From NCBI GenBank assembly GCA_002327235.1, contig DCUX01000046.1, positions 4,032 through 68,031 of the forward strand: DNA of 64,000 nt. The letters are read 5' to 3'. The position numbers were made by a program, and so were the translations under genes. Position 1 is the first letter of the stretch. Each line of letters starts with the position of its first letter. This stretch comes from Firmicutes bacterium UBA2203. Its GTDB lineage: Bacteria; Bacillota; Desulfotomaculia; Desulfotomaculales; Nap2-2B. Under the pieces are notes generated by a model. That model was not told the origin of the DNA and ran no database searches. It saw nothing but the letters and a program-made list of their open reading frames with translations. Below are positions 28,465 to 37,444 of this stretch, piece after piece.

Positions 28465-29325
28465 ATGAAATTTGTAAAGATGCATGGTCTGGGTAATGAC
28501 TTTGTCCTTATTGATTTTGTGGGGGGCGGATCAGGGCAGGTTGGCTCTATTGAAATAAGGGACCTGAAAGCCATGGCGCAAAAAATATGCCTGCGCCGTT
28601 TTGGAATAGGGGCCGACGGATTGGTGATCCTCTTACCCGGCAAAAAAGCAAGGATAAGGATGCGGATATTTAATCCTGATGGCAGCGAAGCCGAAATGTG
28701 CGGTAATGCCATCCGTTGCGTGGCGGCGTACCTTTACCGCCATGGTTTGCTGGAGCAAGATGAAACCAGGGAGATAAATATTGAAACCTTAGCGGGAATT
28801 ATGATTCCTAAATTAATAGTTACCAGAGAAGGAGAAGTGAAAGCCGTTCAAGTAGATATGGGTGAACCCCGCCTGGAAAGGGCGGAAATTCCCATGTTTG
28901 GTCCATCAGGATCGGTAATAAACGAATCCTTAAAAGTTGGGTCAGTTACCGTTAAAATAACCGCTGTTTCCATGGGCAACCCTCACTGTCTGCTTTTTGT
29001 TGATGCGGTCAATAAAGCGCCGCTTACGGAGTTAGGGCCGCAACTGGAAAACCACCCTGTCTTTCCCCAACGGACTAACGTTGAATTTATCCAGGTCTTA
29101 AACCGGAGCCAGATAATGGTGCGGGTTTGGGAACGAGGGGCCGGAATTACTCTGGCCTGTGGGACGGGTGCTTGTGCGGCTTTAGTGGGTTGCGTTTTGA
29201 ATAATTTTACTGACCGCCGGGTAACCATACACCTGCCAGGAGGAGATTTGAACGTGTCCTGGGGGGAGGATAATCACGTATACTTAACCGGTCCGGCAGA
29301 AGAAGTCTTTACAGGAGAATTTTAA
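28465..29325 (+). CDS. dapF: Diaminopimelate epimerase
   Basis: 286 aa. MHGLGNDFV start and two active-site Cys contexts (EMCGNA, ACGTGA). Confidence 0.9.
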   Translation: MKFVKMHGLGNDFVLIDFVGGGSGQVGSIEIRDLKAMAQKICLRRFGIGADGLVILLPGKKARIRMRIFNPDGSEAEMCGNAIRCVAAYLYRHGLLEQDETREINIETLAGIMIPKLIVTREGEVKAVQVDMGEPRLERAEIPMFGPSGSVINESLKVGSVTVKITAVSMGNPHCLLFVDAVNKAPLTELGPQLENHPVFPQRTNVEFIQVLNRSQIMVRVWERGAGITLACGTGACAALVGCVLNNFTDRRVTIHLPGGDLNVSWGEDNHVYLTGPAEEVFTGEF

Positions 29326-29374
29326 AAGTTTAAAATAGTTGTTGCCATTACTTTAAACAAGGGGGTTTTTATTT

Positions 29375-30553
29375 TTGCCCTTTATTGAAGCGCAAAGGAT
29401 TAAGGATTTACCGCCTTATTTATTTGCCCGGATTGAACAATTAATTGCCCAAAAACAAAAAGAAGGGGTAGACATTATTAATTTGGGGATTGGTGACCCG
29501 GACCAGCCTACCCCGGAACATATTGTTCAAGCCTTAATTAATGAGGCTCAGAACCCGGTCAATCATCAGTACCCTACTTCAAGCGGCCTGTTGGCCTACC
29601 GCCAGGCGGTAGCCGACTGGTACGAAGACCGCTTTGGTGTTAAACTTAATCCCCAAACAGAAATTGTTTCTTTAATTGGCTCAAAGGAAGGAATAGCTCA
29701 TATATCCTGGTGCTATCTTGACCCGGGAGATGTTGTTTTAGTGCCTGACCCGGCTTATCCTGTTTATGCCGGAGGGGCTGTTTTAGCCGGGGCAGGGCCT
29801 TATTACCTTCCTTTAAAAGAGGAGCGGGGGTATCTGCCCGATCTAGCCGCGATACCTGTCGGGGTGGCTAAAAAAGCCAAGTTAATGTTTCTTAACTATC
29901 CCAACAACCCTACCGGAGCTGTAGCCCCAAGGTCTTTTTTTCAGGAAGTAGTTGTTTTTGCCCGGGAGTTTAACCTTTTAGTATGTCATGATGCTCCATA
30001 TACCGAAATAGCTTACGACGGCTACCGGCCTTTAAGTTTTTTAGAGATTCCTTACGCTAAAGAAATAGGCCTTGAATTTCATTCTTTATCCAAGACTTTT
30101 TGCATGACTGGTTGGCGTATTGGTTGGGCAGCCGGCAACGCGGCCGCAGTTGAGGCTTTAGGGAGGCTTAAAACAAATATTGACTCAGGTCAGTTTCAGG
30201 CCATTCAGTGCGCGGCTATAGCTGCTCTGAAGGGGACTGACCACGCAATCACCCAAGTAAACAAGCTCTACCAAGAGCGGCGGGATATTTTAGTGGACGG
30301 TTTTAACTCCCTGGGTTGGCGTTTAAAAAAACCTCTGGCTAGTATTTACGTTTGGGCTCGTGTACCGTCAGGACATACCTCCGAATCTTTTGCCGAATTG
30401 GTTTTAAACAAAGCCGGGGTAGTGGTTACTCCCGGTACTGGCTATGGGGCCTATGGCGAAGGTTATTTTCGCATGTCTTTAACGGTTAGCACAGAACGCC
30501 TTACAGAAGCAATAAGGCGAATTAAAGAGAATATTGGCCCGGTAAATTTTTAA
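29375..30553 (+). CDS. dapL: LL-diaminopimelate aminotransferase-like class I aminotransferase
   Basis: 392 aa. N-terminal ...[10 protein letters not shown]...[12 protein letters not shown] and the SLSKTF PLP-lysine motif. Adjacent to dapF. Confidence 0.7.
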   Translation: MPFIEAQRIKDLPPYLFARIEQLIAQKQKEGVDIINLGIGDPDQPTPEHIVQALINEAQNPVNHQYPTSSGLLAYRQAVADWYEDRFGVKLNPQTEIVSLIGSKEGIAHISWCYLDPGDVVLVPDPAYPVYAGGAVLAGAGPYYLPLKEERGYLPDLAAIPVGVAKKAKLMFLNYPNNPTGAVAPRSFFQEVVVFAREFNLLVCHDAPYTEIAYDGYRPLSFLEIPYAKEIGLEFHSLSKTFCMTGWRIGWAAGNAAAVEALGRLKTNIDSGQFQAIQCAAIAALKGTDHAITQVNKLYQERRDILVDGFNSLGWRLKKPLASIYVWARVPSGHTSESFAELVLNKAGVVVTPGTGYGAYGEGYFRMSLTVSTERLTEAIRRIKENIGPVNF

Positions 30554-30635
30554 GCCGGAAATTAAGAGGAAAATAAAAAGGTGGTTACGGAGTTATTTAA
30601 AGAATAGCTCCGTAAACTGGGACAGGAGGATAGAT

Positions 30636-31829
30636 ATGCAATTAACTGCCCGGGCGCTTAATATTAGCCCTTCTCCTACTTTAACTATAGATGCCCAAGC
30701 CAAGAAAATGCAAGCGGCCGGCATAAAAGTAATTAACCTTAGCGCCGGCGAACCAGATTTTGATACCCCGGAGCACATTAAACAAGCGGCTATAACGGCT
30801 TTAAAAAAAGGGATGACTAAATATACGCCGGTGGCCGGGGTTCCTGAGCTAAAGGAGGCTATCCGCCAAAAATTAAAAAAAGATAACCAACTTGATTACC
30901 AGCCTGAGGAAATTGTGGTTACAGTTGGGGCAAAGCATGCGTTATACAATGCCTTACAGGTACTTTGCGGGGTGGGCGATGAGGTAATTTTACCCTCTCC
31001 ATATTGGGTAAGTTATTTAGAGCAAATTAAATTAGCGGGAAGTACCCCGGTAATTGTTTCCACCAAAGCAGAAAATAATTTTAAACTTACCCCCGAGGAA
31101 CTGGCGGTGGCAATTAACGAGCGGACTAAACTAGTTATTCTAAACAGCCCGGCTAATCCAACGGGAACAGTGTACACCGCCCAAGAAATGGCGGCTTTAG
31201 GAGAAATTCTGGTTAAATATAAAATCTACCTGATTTCTGATGAAATTTACGAAAAATTAGTTTATAATCAAATTAAACACATAAGTATTGCTGCCCTGGA
31301 CCAGAAATTAAAAGAGTTAACGGTGGTGGTAAACGGCGTATCCAAGACTTACGCCATGACGGGTTGGCGCATTGGTTACGCGGCCGCCCCTTTAGCTATA
31401 GCTAAAGCAATGGCAGACTTGCAAAGCCACTGTACCTCTAACCCTACCTCAATTGCGCAGGCTGCCAGCGTGGCCGCGCTCTCAGGCTCTCAAGAGGACG
31501 TTTTGGCAATGGTGGCCATCTTTCAAAAGCGGCGTGATTTTATGTATCAAGAATTGAGCGCTATTCCCGGTGTATTTTGTAACCTGCCGCAAGGTGCTTT
31601 TTACCTTTTTCCTGATTTTAGCGCTTATTTTGGAAGGCGTTTTCAGGGAAAAGAAATTAAAGGAGCCAGTGATTTAGCATCTGCCTGGTTAGAAAATATT
31701 CAGGTGGCCGCAGTTCCAGGAATTGCTTTTGGAGATGACCGGTTCATCCGTTTATCTTACGCTACGTCTTGGGAAGACATTGAAGAGGGAGTTAACCGGA
31801 TAAAAACTTTTTTGGCGCGCCTTGCATAG
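30636..31829 (+). CDS. Aspartate/aromatic class I aminotransferase (AspB-like)
   Basis: 397 aa. LSAGEPDFDTP, NPTG and GVSKTYAMTGWRIGY motifs. Confidence 0.8.
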   Translation: MQLTARALNISPSPTLTIDAQAKKMQAAGIKVINLSAGEPDFDTPEHIKQAAITALKKGMTKYTPVAGVPELKEAIRQKLKKDNQLDYQPEEIVVTVGAKHALYNALQVLCGVGDEVILPSPYWVSYLEQIKLAGSTPVIVSTKAENNFKLTPEELAVAINERTKLVILNSPANPTGTVYTAQEMAALGEILVKYKIYLISDEIYEKLVYNQIKHISIAALDQKLKELTVVVNGVSKTYAMTGWRIGYAAAPLAIAKAMADLQSHCTSNPTSIAQAASVAALSGSQEDVLAMVAIFQKRRDFMYQELSAIPGVFCNLPQGAFYLFPDFSAYFGRRFQGKEIKGASDLASAWLENIQVAAVPGIAFGDDRFIRLSYATSWEDIEEGVNRIKTFLARLA

Positions 31830-31855
31830 TTATACAGGGGAAAGATGGTGAAAAT

Positions 31856-32740
31856 TTGTTAAGCAGTATGACCGGTTTTGGCCAGGGTGAAGCGTGCGCG
31901 GAAGGAAAAAAAGTTAAAGTAGAAATAAAAACCGTAAACCATCGTTTTTGCGAAATAGGGTTGCGTTTGCCCAAAAACCTTAACTTTTTAGAAGAAAAAA
32001 TCCGGCGGAAAGTTGCCGCATATGTCCGCCGCGGAAGGGTAGATGTATTCGTTACCAGCGAAGATTTAAAAAAGAAAAATGTTACCGTAAAAGTTGACAA
32101 AGCATTAGCGGCCACGTATTATAAAGCCGTAAAAGAGTTGCAGGCTGAGCTAGAAATACCTGGTAAAATTAAACTTATGCCTTTGGTCAGTTTTCCGGGT
32201 GTTTTAGAAGTAGAAGTAATAGAAGAAAATGAAGCTTACGAAGTATGGTGGCCGGCAGTAGAAAAAGCCTTAGAGCAAGCTTTAATTAACTTGAGTTTAA
32301 TGCGTGAAAAAGAAGGCCAACAGTTGAAAAAGGACTTATCCGGCCACCTCATGAGCATGGAGAAATTAAGTCAAAAAATTGAACAGCGTGCCCCTCTGGT
32401 AGCGGAAGAACACCATAAGCGTCTTAAAGGCGCGTTAGCAAAGTGGTTAAATGATGGTCTTTTAGATATAGAAAGAGTGTACGCTGAGGCAGCTCTTTTT
32501 GCGGAACGCGTTAATATTTCCGAAGAGGTAACTCGCCTGTCCAGTCATTTAAATCAAACCCATTCCTGTCTTGAAACAAATGATCCTGTAGGGAGAAAAA
32601 TTGAATTTTTGGTTCAGGAAATGAACCGGGAAATTAACACTATTGCCGCCAAAGCAAATAGCTCAGAAATCAGCCGTTTGGTTATAGAGGTAAAAAGTGA
32701 ATTAGAGAAGATACGTGAACAGGCCCAAAATATTGAATAA
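31856..32740 (+). CDS. yicC: YicC/YloC family endoribonuclease
   Basis: 294 aa. SMTGFG start and C-terminal DUF1732-like [15 protein letters not shown] motif. Confidence 0.85.
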   Translation: MLSSMTGFGQGEACAEGKKVKVEIKTVNHRFCEIGLRLPKNLNFLEEKIRRKVAAYVRRGRVDVFVTSEDLKKKNVTVKVDKALAATYYKAVKELQAELEIPGKIKLMPLVSFPGVLEVEVIEENEAYEVWWPAVEKALEQALINLSLMREKEGQQLKKDLSGHLMSMEKLSQKIEQRAPLVAEEHHKRLKGALAKWLNDGLLDIERVYAEAALFAERVNISEEVTRLSSHLNQTHSCLETNDPVGRKIEFLVQEMNREINTIAAKANSSEISRLVIEVKSELEKIREQAQNIE

Positions 32741-32759
32741 TATCAAGAGGAGGGGTTTC

Positions 32760-33050
32760 GTGGAAATCAAATTAGTAAATATCGGTTTTGGTAATATTGT
32801 TTCCGCCAATAGGATTGTGGCTATCGTTAGTCCGGAATCGGCCCCAATTAAAAGAGTTATTAATGAGGCCCGTGACCGGGGTATGTTAGTTGACGCTACT
32901 TATGGACGGCGGACGCGCGCGGTTATAGTTACGGACAGTGACCACATAATTTTATCTGCGGTGCAGCCGGAAACAGTAGCTCACCGTTTAGACAGGGAAA
33001 CAGCATCAGCCCAAACCACGGGGGGAGAGGAAGAGGAAGCTACCAGCTAA
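32760..33050 (+). CDS. remA: Extracellular matrix/biofilm regulator RemA (YlzA) homolog
   Basis: GTG 32760 after [39 protein letters not shown]...[19 protein letters not shown] is diagnostic. Acidic C-terminal extension. Confidence 0.85.
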   Translation: MEIKLVNIGFGNIVSANRIVAIVSPESAPIKRVINEARDRGMLVDATYGRRTRAVIVTDSDHIILSAVQPETVAHRLDRETASAQTTGGEEEEATS

Positions 33051-33108
33051 ATTGTAAATAGGGTTACCTATCACAGAAAGGGAGAATAAAGGAGTCTAAA
33101 AGAAACTT

Positions 33109-33696
33109 GTGAGTCAAAACCAGGGTTTGTTGATTGTTTTATCCGGTCCTTCCGGGGTGGGAAAGGGAACAGTTTGTCATGCCCTATTGAATATGCTGCC
33201 GGGCCTTAAGTTATCCGTTTCGGTTACCACCAGACCTCCTAGAGCTGGAGAGGTAGAAGGAATTAATTATTATTTTGTAAGTAAAAAAAAGTTTTTTGAA
33301 ATGGTTGCTCAAGATAAGTTGCTGGAATGGGCGCATACCTATGATTTTTTTTATGGAACACCGCGGGAAGCGGTAAATCACGTTTTAAACCAGGGTAAAG
33401 ATTTAATACTAGAAATTGACGTTCAAGGTGGTATGCAGGTTAAGCAAAGGTTTTCAAGCGCCATAACCATTTTTCTTTACCCTCCATCAATGGAAGAATT
33501 ATTATACAGGTTAAAAAAACGGGCCAGTGATTCACCGGAGGATATTCAAAAGCGGCTACATTGGGCCGCTAAAGAAATGCAGATGTCCACTCAATATGAT
33601 TACGTAGTGGTTAACGATCTAGTAGAAAATGCCGTATCCAAAATCCTGGCTATTTTAACCGCGGAAAAATGTAAAAGGATGAGCAAAGCCCAGTAG
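33109..33696 (+). CDS. gmk: Guanylate kinase
   Basis: 195 aa. GPSGVGKGT P-loop and TTRPPR.GE..G..Y.F motif. Confidence 0.9.
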   Translation: MSQNQGLLIVLSGPSGVGKGTVCHALLNMLPGLKLSVSVTTRPPRAGEVEGINYYFVSKKKFFEMVAQDKLLEWAHTYDFFYGTPREAVNHVLNQGKDLILEIDVQGGMQVKQRFSSAITIFLYPPSMEELLYRLKKRASDSPEDIQKRLHWAAKEMQMSTQYDYVVVNDLVENAVSKILAILTAEKCKRMSKAQ

Positions 33697-33744
33697 GTTA
33701 ATCGTCCCGATTGACATCCAGTAGGTCAATTGTCCCGATTGACC
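33693..33744. repeat. Two tandem family-C hairpin units (GTAGGTTAATCGTCCCGATTGAC / GTAGGTCAATTGTCCCGATTGACC)
   Basis: Related to AGGTCAACCGGGACGGTTGACCT at 54390 and 56087, and in inverse orientation at 53005. The first unit contains the gmk TAG stop. Confidence 0.7.
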
Positions 33745-33783
33745 TTTGAGAGAATAAAGCACGGCGACTTAGGAGGTCAAGTT

Positions 33784-33987
33784 ATGAAGGAAGAGGTATC
33801 CTTTGATGAACTATTAAAAAAAGTAGACAGCCGTTTTACTTTAGTAGTTATTACCGCTAAGAGAGCCAGGGCATTGGCCGAAAAAGAAGCTGAGCAAAAT
33901 AAAAACAACACCGTGAACCCGATAGAGGCAGCTTTAGAAGAGCTAGCTAAAAACAAGATTACTTATCGGTTTCTTAAATCTGAATAA
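33784..33987 (+). CDS. rpoZ: DNA-directed RNA polymerase omega subunit
   Basis: ATG 33784 after AGGAGG. ...DSRFTLVVITAKRAR.L is diagnostic. The ORF track opens it at 33730. Confidence 0.85.
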   Translation: MKEEVSFDELLKKVDSRFTLVVITAKRARALAEKEAEQNKNNTVNPIEAALEELAKNKITYRFLKSE

Positions 33988-34001
33988 GATAAGGATAAAA
34001 T

Positions 34002-35231
34002 ATGCTGACGAAAAAATTTATTACCTTGGGAATTACAGGAGGAATTGCGGCCTATAAAGCCGCTGAATTAGCTAGCACGCTAAATCAGGCCGGGGCCGAA
34101 GTTCACGTAATTATGACCCGGGCAGCCCAAAAATTTATTAGGCCCGTAACATTTCAAGCCTTAACCGGTCAACCGGTCCACACCGCTATGTTTACCCGGT
34201 TAACTGGTTGGCGGGTGGCTCATGTTGATCTGGCTACGCGCTCCGATTTAATCGTTATAGTTCCAGCTACGGCTAATATTTTGGGTAAGTTGGCTCACGG
34301 TATTGCCGATGATTTATTAAGCACCACTCTTTTAGCGGCCACCTGCCCTGTCTTGCTTTGTCCGGCCATGAATACCGGTATGTACCAAAACCCCATTGTG
34401 CAGGCAAATATAAGCCGCTTAAAGGAACTGGGCTATTATATTATAGAACCGGCTACCGGTTGGTTGGCTTGCGGACAGGAAGGCCCTGGCAGGTTACCGG
34501 CGTTAGATTTAATTTTTAATCAGATTAAAGATTTGCTAACGAAAACAAGCAGGGCAGGTTTCCAGACGGCGCGAAGCGACTGGCAAGGACTAACGGTTAT
34601 GATTACGGCCGGAGGAACAAGAGAGCCCCTTGACCCTATCCGACATATTTCCAATCGCAGTTCGGGGAAAATGGGCTACGCTCTAGCCCGGGATGCTCTT
34701 AACCGAGGAGCCCAGGTGATTTTAATTTCCGCCCCTACAAACGTGCCTCCTCCGGTAGGCGCAAAGGTAATTTGGGTTGAAAGGACTAAAGAGATGTACG
34801 AACAGGTTTTAACCCATTTTCCAAAGGTTGACGTAGTTTTTAAAGCGGCCGCAGTAGCCGATTATTCCCCCCGGTTTAAGGCGAACCAAAAGATAAAAAA
34901 AAAGGATGAGGTATATCTGCTGGAACTGGAAAAAACTCCGGATATCCTGCTTGAATTAGGCCAACGCAAACAACCCCACCAAATCCTGGTTGGTTTTGCG
35001 GCCGAAACAGAAAATTTAGAGGAAAATGCCCGGCGTAAACTAGCTCAAAAAAATTTAGATTTAATTGTGGCTAATGACGTCACTCAGCCTGGCTCAGGAT
35101 TTGGCCAGGACACAAATATAGTTAAAATAATTTATCCCGACGGGAAGATTATCTCTTTGCCTCAAATGGAAAAAACAGCCTTAGCCCACCACATTCTTGA
35201 TTTGGTGTTACCTTTACGAGTCAAAAAATGA
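34002..35231 (+). CDS. coaBC: Bifunctional phosphopantothenoylcysteine decarboxylase / phosphopantothenate-cysteine ligase
   Basis: 409 aa. GITGGIAAYK flavoprotein N-domain. ITAGGTREPLDPIRHISNRSSGKMG ligase domain. Confidence 0.9.
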   Translation: MLTKKFITLGITGGIAAYKAAELASTLNQAGAEVHVIMTRAAQKFIRPVTFQALTGQPVHTAMFTRLTGWRVAHVDLATRSDLIVIVPATANILGKLAHGIADDLLSTTLLAATCPVLLCPAMNTGMYQNPIVQANISRLKELGYYIIEPATGWLACGQEGPGRLPALDLIFNQIKDLLTKTSRAGFQTARSDWQGLTVMITAGGTREPLDPIRHISNRSSGKMGYALARDALNRGAQVILISAPTNVPPPVGAKVIWVERTKEMYEQVLTHFPKVDVVFKAAAVADYSPRFKANQKIKKKDEVYLLELEKTPDILLELGQRKQPHQILVGFAAETENLEENARRKLAQKNLDLIVANDVTQPGSGFGQDTNIVKIIYPDGKIISLPQMEKTALAHHILDLVLPLRVKK

Positions 35232-35315
35232 AACCCCAAAAGATTACCCGGCAATCCTTCCTTTTCAAAGCATAAACAGGTCTTACTTTTCCCACATAAT
35301 ATAATAAATAAATTC

Positions 35316-35404
35316 GTAACTACTCAGGTTCAAAGGGGCAAAGGCACAAAGGCACAAAGTTTTTTCATTTTCCCTTGGACTTCTGTGCTTACCTGAATAG
35401 TTAC
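35316..35404. mobile_element. Family-D MITE-like element (89 bp) with terminal inverted repeats GTAACTACTCAGG / CCTGAATAGTTAC and 8-bp direct flank duplication
   Basis: ATAAATTC lies immediately left (35308-35315) and right (35405-35412). Internal CAAAGGCAC repeats. Related copies at 36148, 40706 and 57666. Confidence 0.75.
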
Positions 35405-35454
35405 ATAAATTCAAGGTTAACCTCCTACTTTAAAAATATAAAGCAGGTGAGAGC

Positions 35455-35544
35455 ATGGCCAAAAGGGTGCCGGTTAGTCTTTATTTCGGTATAGCATTAA
35501 TAGGCTTAGGAGGGATTATCTTAATTTTTACCGTCTTGTTTTAA
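35455..35544 (+). CDS. Possible 29-aa hydrophobic peptide (MAKRVPVSLYFGIALIGLGGIILIFTVLF)
   Basis: Short ORF after AGGTGAG. One predicted TM segment. No other support. Confidence 0.25.
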   Translation: MAKRVPVSLYFGIALIGLGGIILIFTVLF

Positions 35545-35609
35545 GAACCTAAGCTTACTCCGGCATTCCCCCGGTAATGCTAACCACCAAAGCCAGGACG
35601 AGCTTTAAT
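35543..35609 (-). pseudogene. Degenerate duplicate of the 3' end of the membrane-protein gene at 40284-40688
   Basis: Aligns with 40287-40353 (AAGA.CCTA..CTTACTCCGG....CCCCGGTAATGC...CCACCAAAGCCAGGAC.AGCTTTAA). A 1-nt deletion and an in-frame TAG are present. Confidence 0.6.
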
Positions 35610-35701
35610 CTTCTGTTGTCCGAAGACATTTTTTAGCCGGGTTAATTTATCATTGTTTTTTTCATGGTTATGGTGTTTAATTTTTATAAGGAAGGTGTTG
35701 G

Positions 35702-36133
35702 TTGATGCTTGAAAAAGAACAAAAGGAAAGATTTTTTGTTGAGGAGTTAAAAATTATTCAAGATATTATTAAACGGATGGCTTTTGATTCTTTTATGATT
35801 AAAGGATGGGCTATCACCCTGGTAATAATTACCCTTCTTTTAAAAGGCGGTAGTTTTCAGGTCTTTATTTCCTTTATTCCCCTCCTGGTTTTCTGGTATC
35901 TTGACGCTTATTTTCTCTGGCAGGAAAGAATGTATAGAAAGTTGTATAATTGGGTGGTCGAAAACAGGCTTAAAACAGAAGACTTTCTCTTTAATATGAA
36001 CGCTTACAGATTTAAAGACAAAGTGCAGGGAAAGTTAAGGATAATGTTTTCTCTTACCCTGGGGTGGTTTTATGGGTCTATAGCCGTGTTAATATTAGTA
36101 TATGCCTTTTTTATTTTAAAATGGAGGATTTAA
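35702..36133 (+). CDS. Hypothetical membrane protein (2-3 TM), AT-rich
   Basis: 143-aa ORF. No family recognised. Lies between two family-D elements. Confidence 0.45.
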   Translation: MMLEKEQKERFFVEELKIIQDIIKRMAFDSFMIKGWAITLVIITLLLKGGSFQVFISFIPLLVFWYLDAYFLWQERMYRKLYNWVVENRLKTEDFLFNMNAYRFKDKVQGKLRIMFSLTLGWFYGSIAVLILVYAFFILKWRI

Positions 36134-36147
36134 AATTAAGACAAAAG

Positions 36148-36352
36148 GTAACTATTCAGGTAGGCACGTAGGTTCAAAAGCCTGCCCGCCAGGCTGGCAG
36201 GCAGGTAATCTACCAAAAAAAGATAAATAGGCTAGCCTGCCAGACAGGCGGGGCACAAAGGTCCAAAGTGAAATGAAAACATATAGAAATTAGAAATCTG
36301 CAAGCCTGGCAAAAAACTTTGTGCCTTTGCCCCTTTGAACCTGAGTAGTTAC
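36148..36352. mobile_element. Family-D MITE-like element (205 bp) carrying a nested family-E palindrome (36181-36255)
   Basis: Ends are GTAACTATTCAGG ... CCTGAGTAGTTAC. The right 36 bp are the exact reverse complement of 35316-35351. Inside is CCTGCCCGCCAGGCTGGCAGG...CCTGCCAGACAGGCGGGGCA. Confidence 0.75.
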
Positions 36353-36381
36353 ATAAAAATTATGGTTAAGGGAGAAAATTT

Positions 36382-37291
36382 ATGGTGCCGGTTGAAAAAG
36401 TTAACCCTCGTTCCTTTGTTACGGCCTATCTTGAACGGGCCGGGGCTGTTTTAGAGGAAGCCGGTTATGAACTGCTGGAAGTACTTTTACCTGAAGGACT
36501 GCCTTTTAAAGACCAGGAAGAACTTTTACTGGCTTTTGACTATGAGGTGGCTCAGGAAAATCCAAAAGCAATCTTTGTTACTTACGGCAGCCTTTTTTTA
36601 GATCGGCGAGTGGTTAGAAGGGCATAACTTAAGGGGTTTTTACTTCCAGGCTGTATTTTCTTCATACGAAAAAACAGAGGAATTATTGGAAATTGTGGTG
36701 GATGGGCACACCGGTCTGGTAGTTTCTGATTTTAACGCCTGGTGGGGAAAGGTAGTAGCTGTAGAAGAACCTTTTTGGCAGTTGCCGCGGGCAAAAAATA
36801 TTTCCCCGGGCAAATTATACCAGGCCGCCTGCCGGGAAGCAGAAAAGCAAGCCAAAGAGCGGGCCTTAGTCTTTCAGTACCAGTCAAAAGAACGGTTAAA
36901 GAAGGAATTGGACAAAGTATCCGGGTATTACACCCAGATGAGCCGGGAAATTAAAAATAAGCTTAAAACAACCGAAGAAAAAGATAAAAGAGAACGCCTG
37001 GCAAAAAAGCTAGCGGCCGTAGAAGCGGAACGTCAGCGCCGGGAAAAGGATGCTCTTGAGCGCTACGCCATAGAAATTGCCCTGCACCTGGACCATATTG
37101 TGGACTACAGCCTGCCCCGCCTGCACGTTAAGCTGGAAGTACAACATAAAAAGCAGCTATTAAATACTACTGTCTTATACAACTTATTAGCCCACCACCT
37201 GGAAGCGCCTGTTTGCCCCCTTTGCGGCCATCCTTCCAAATGCTTGCTTCCGGATGATCAGAAAAACCGGTTTATTTGTCCTCGCCATTAA
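36382..37291 (+). pseudogene. Hypothetical coiled-coil protein with C-terminal CPLCG...CPRH zinc-ribbon-like motif, apparently frameshifted
   Basis: ORF 36382-36627 and the frame open from 36602 (continuing into ORF 36686-37291) overlap at 36602-36627. Both look coding. No family recognised. Confidence 0.4.
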
Positions 37292-37444
37292 ATAGATTTA
37301 ATGACTTGCGTTTTGAGTACCTTTATTTGGGCATTACGTCATTCATTGGGAAGCGCTCAGGTAGCTTCTTACCCTTGATTTCAGCTTCTTAATTATCAAG
37401 GGCTTTGGCGTTTGAAAGGGTGAAGTTGGGTTAACAACCCGTTC

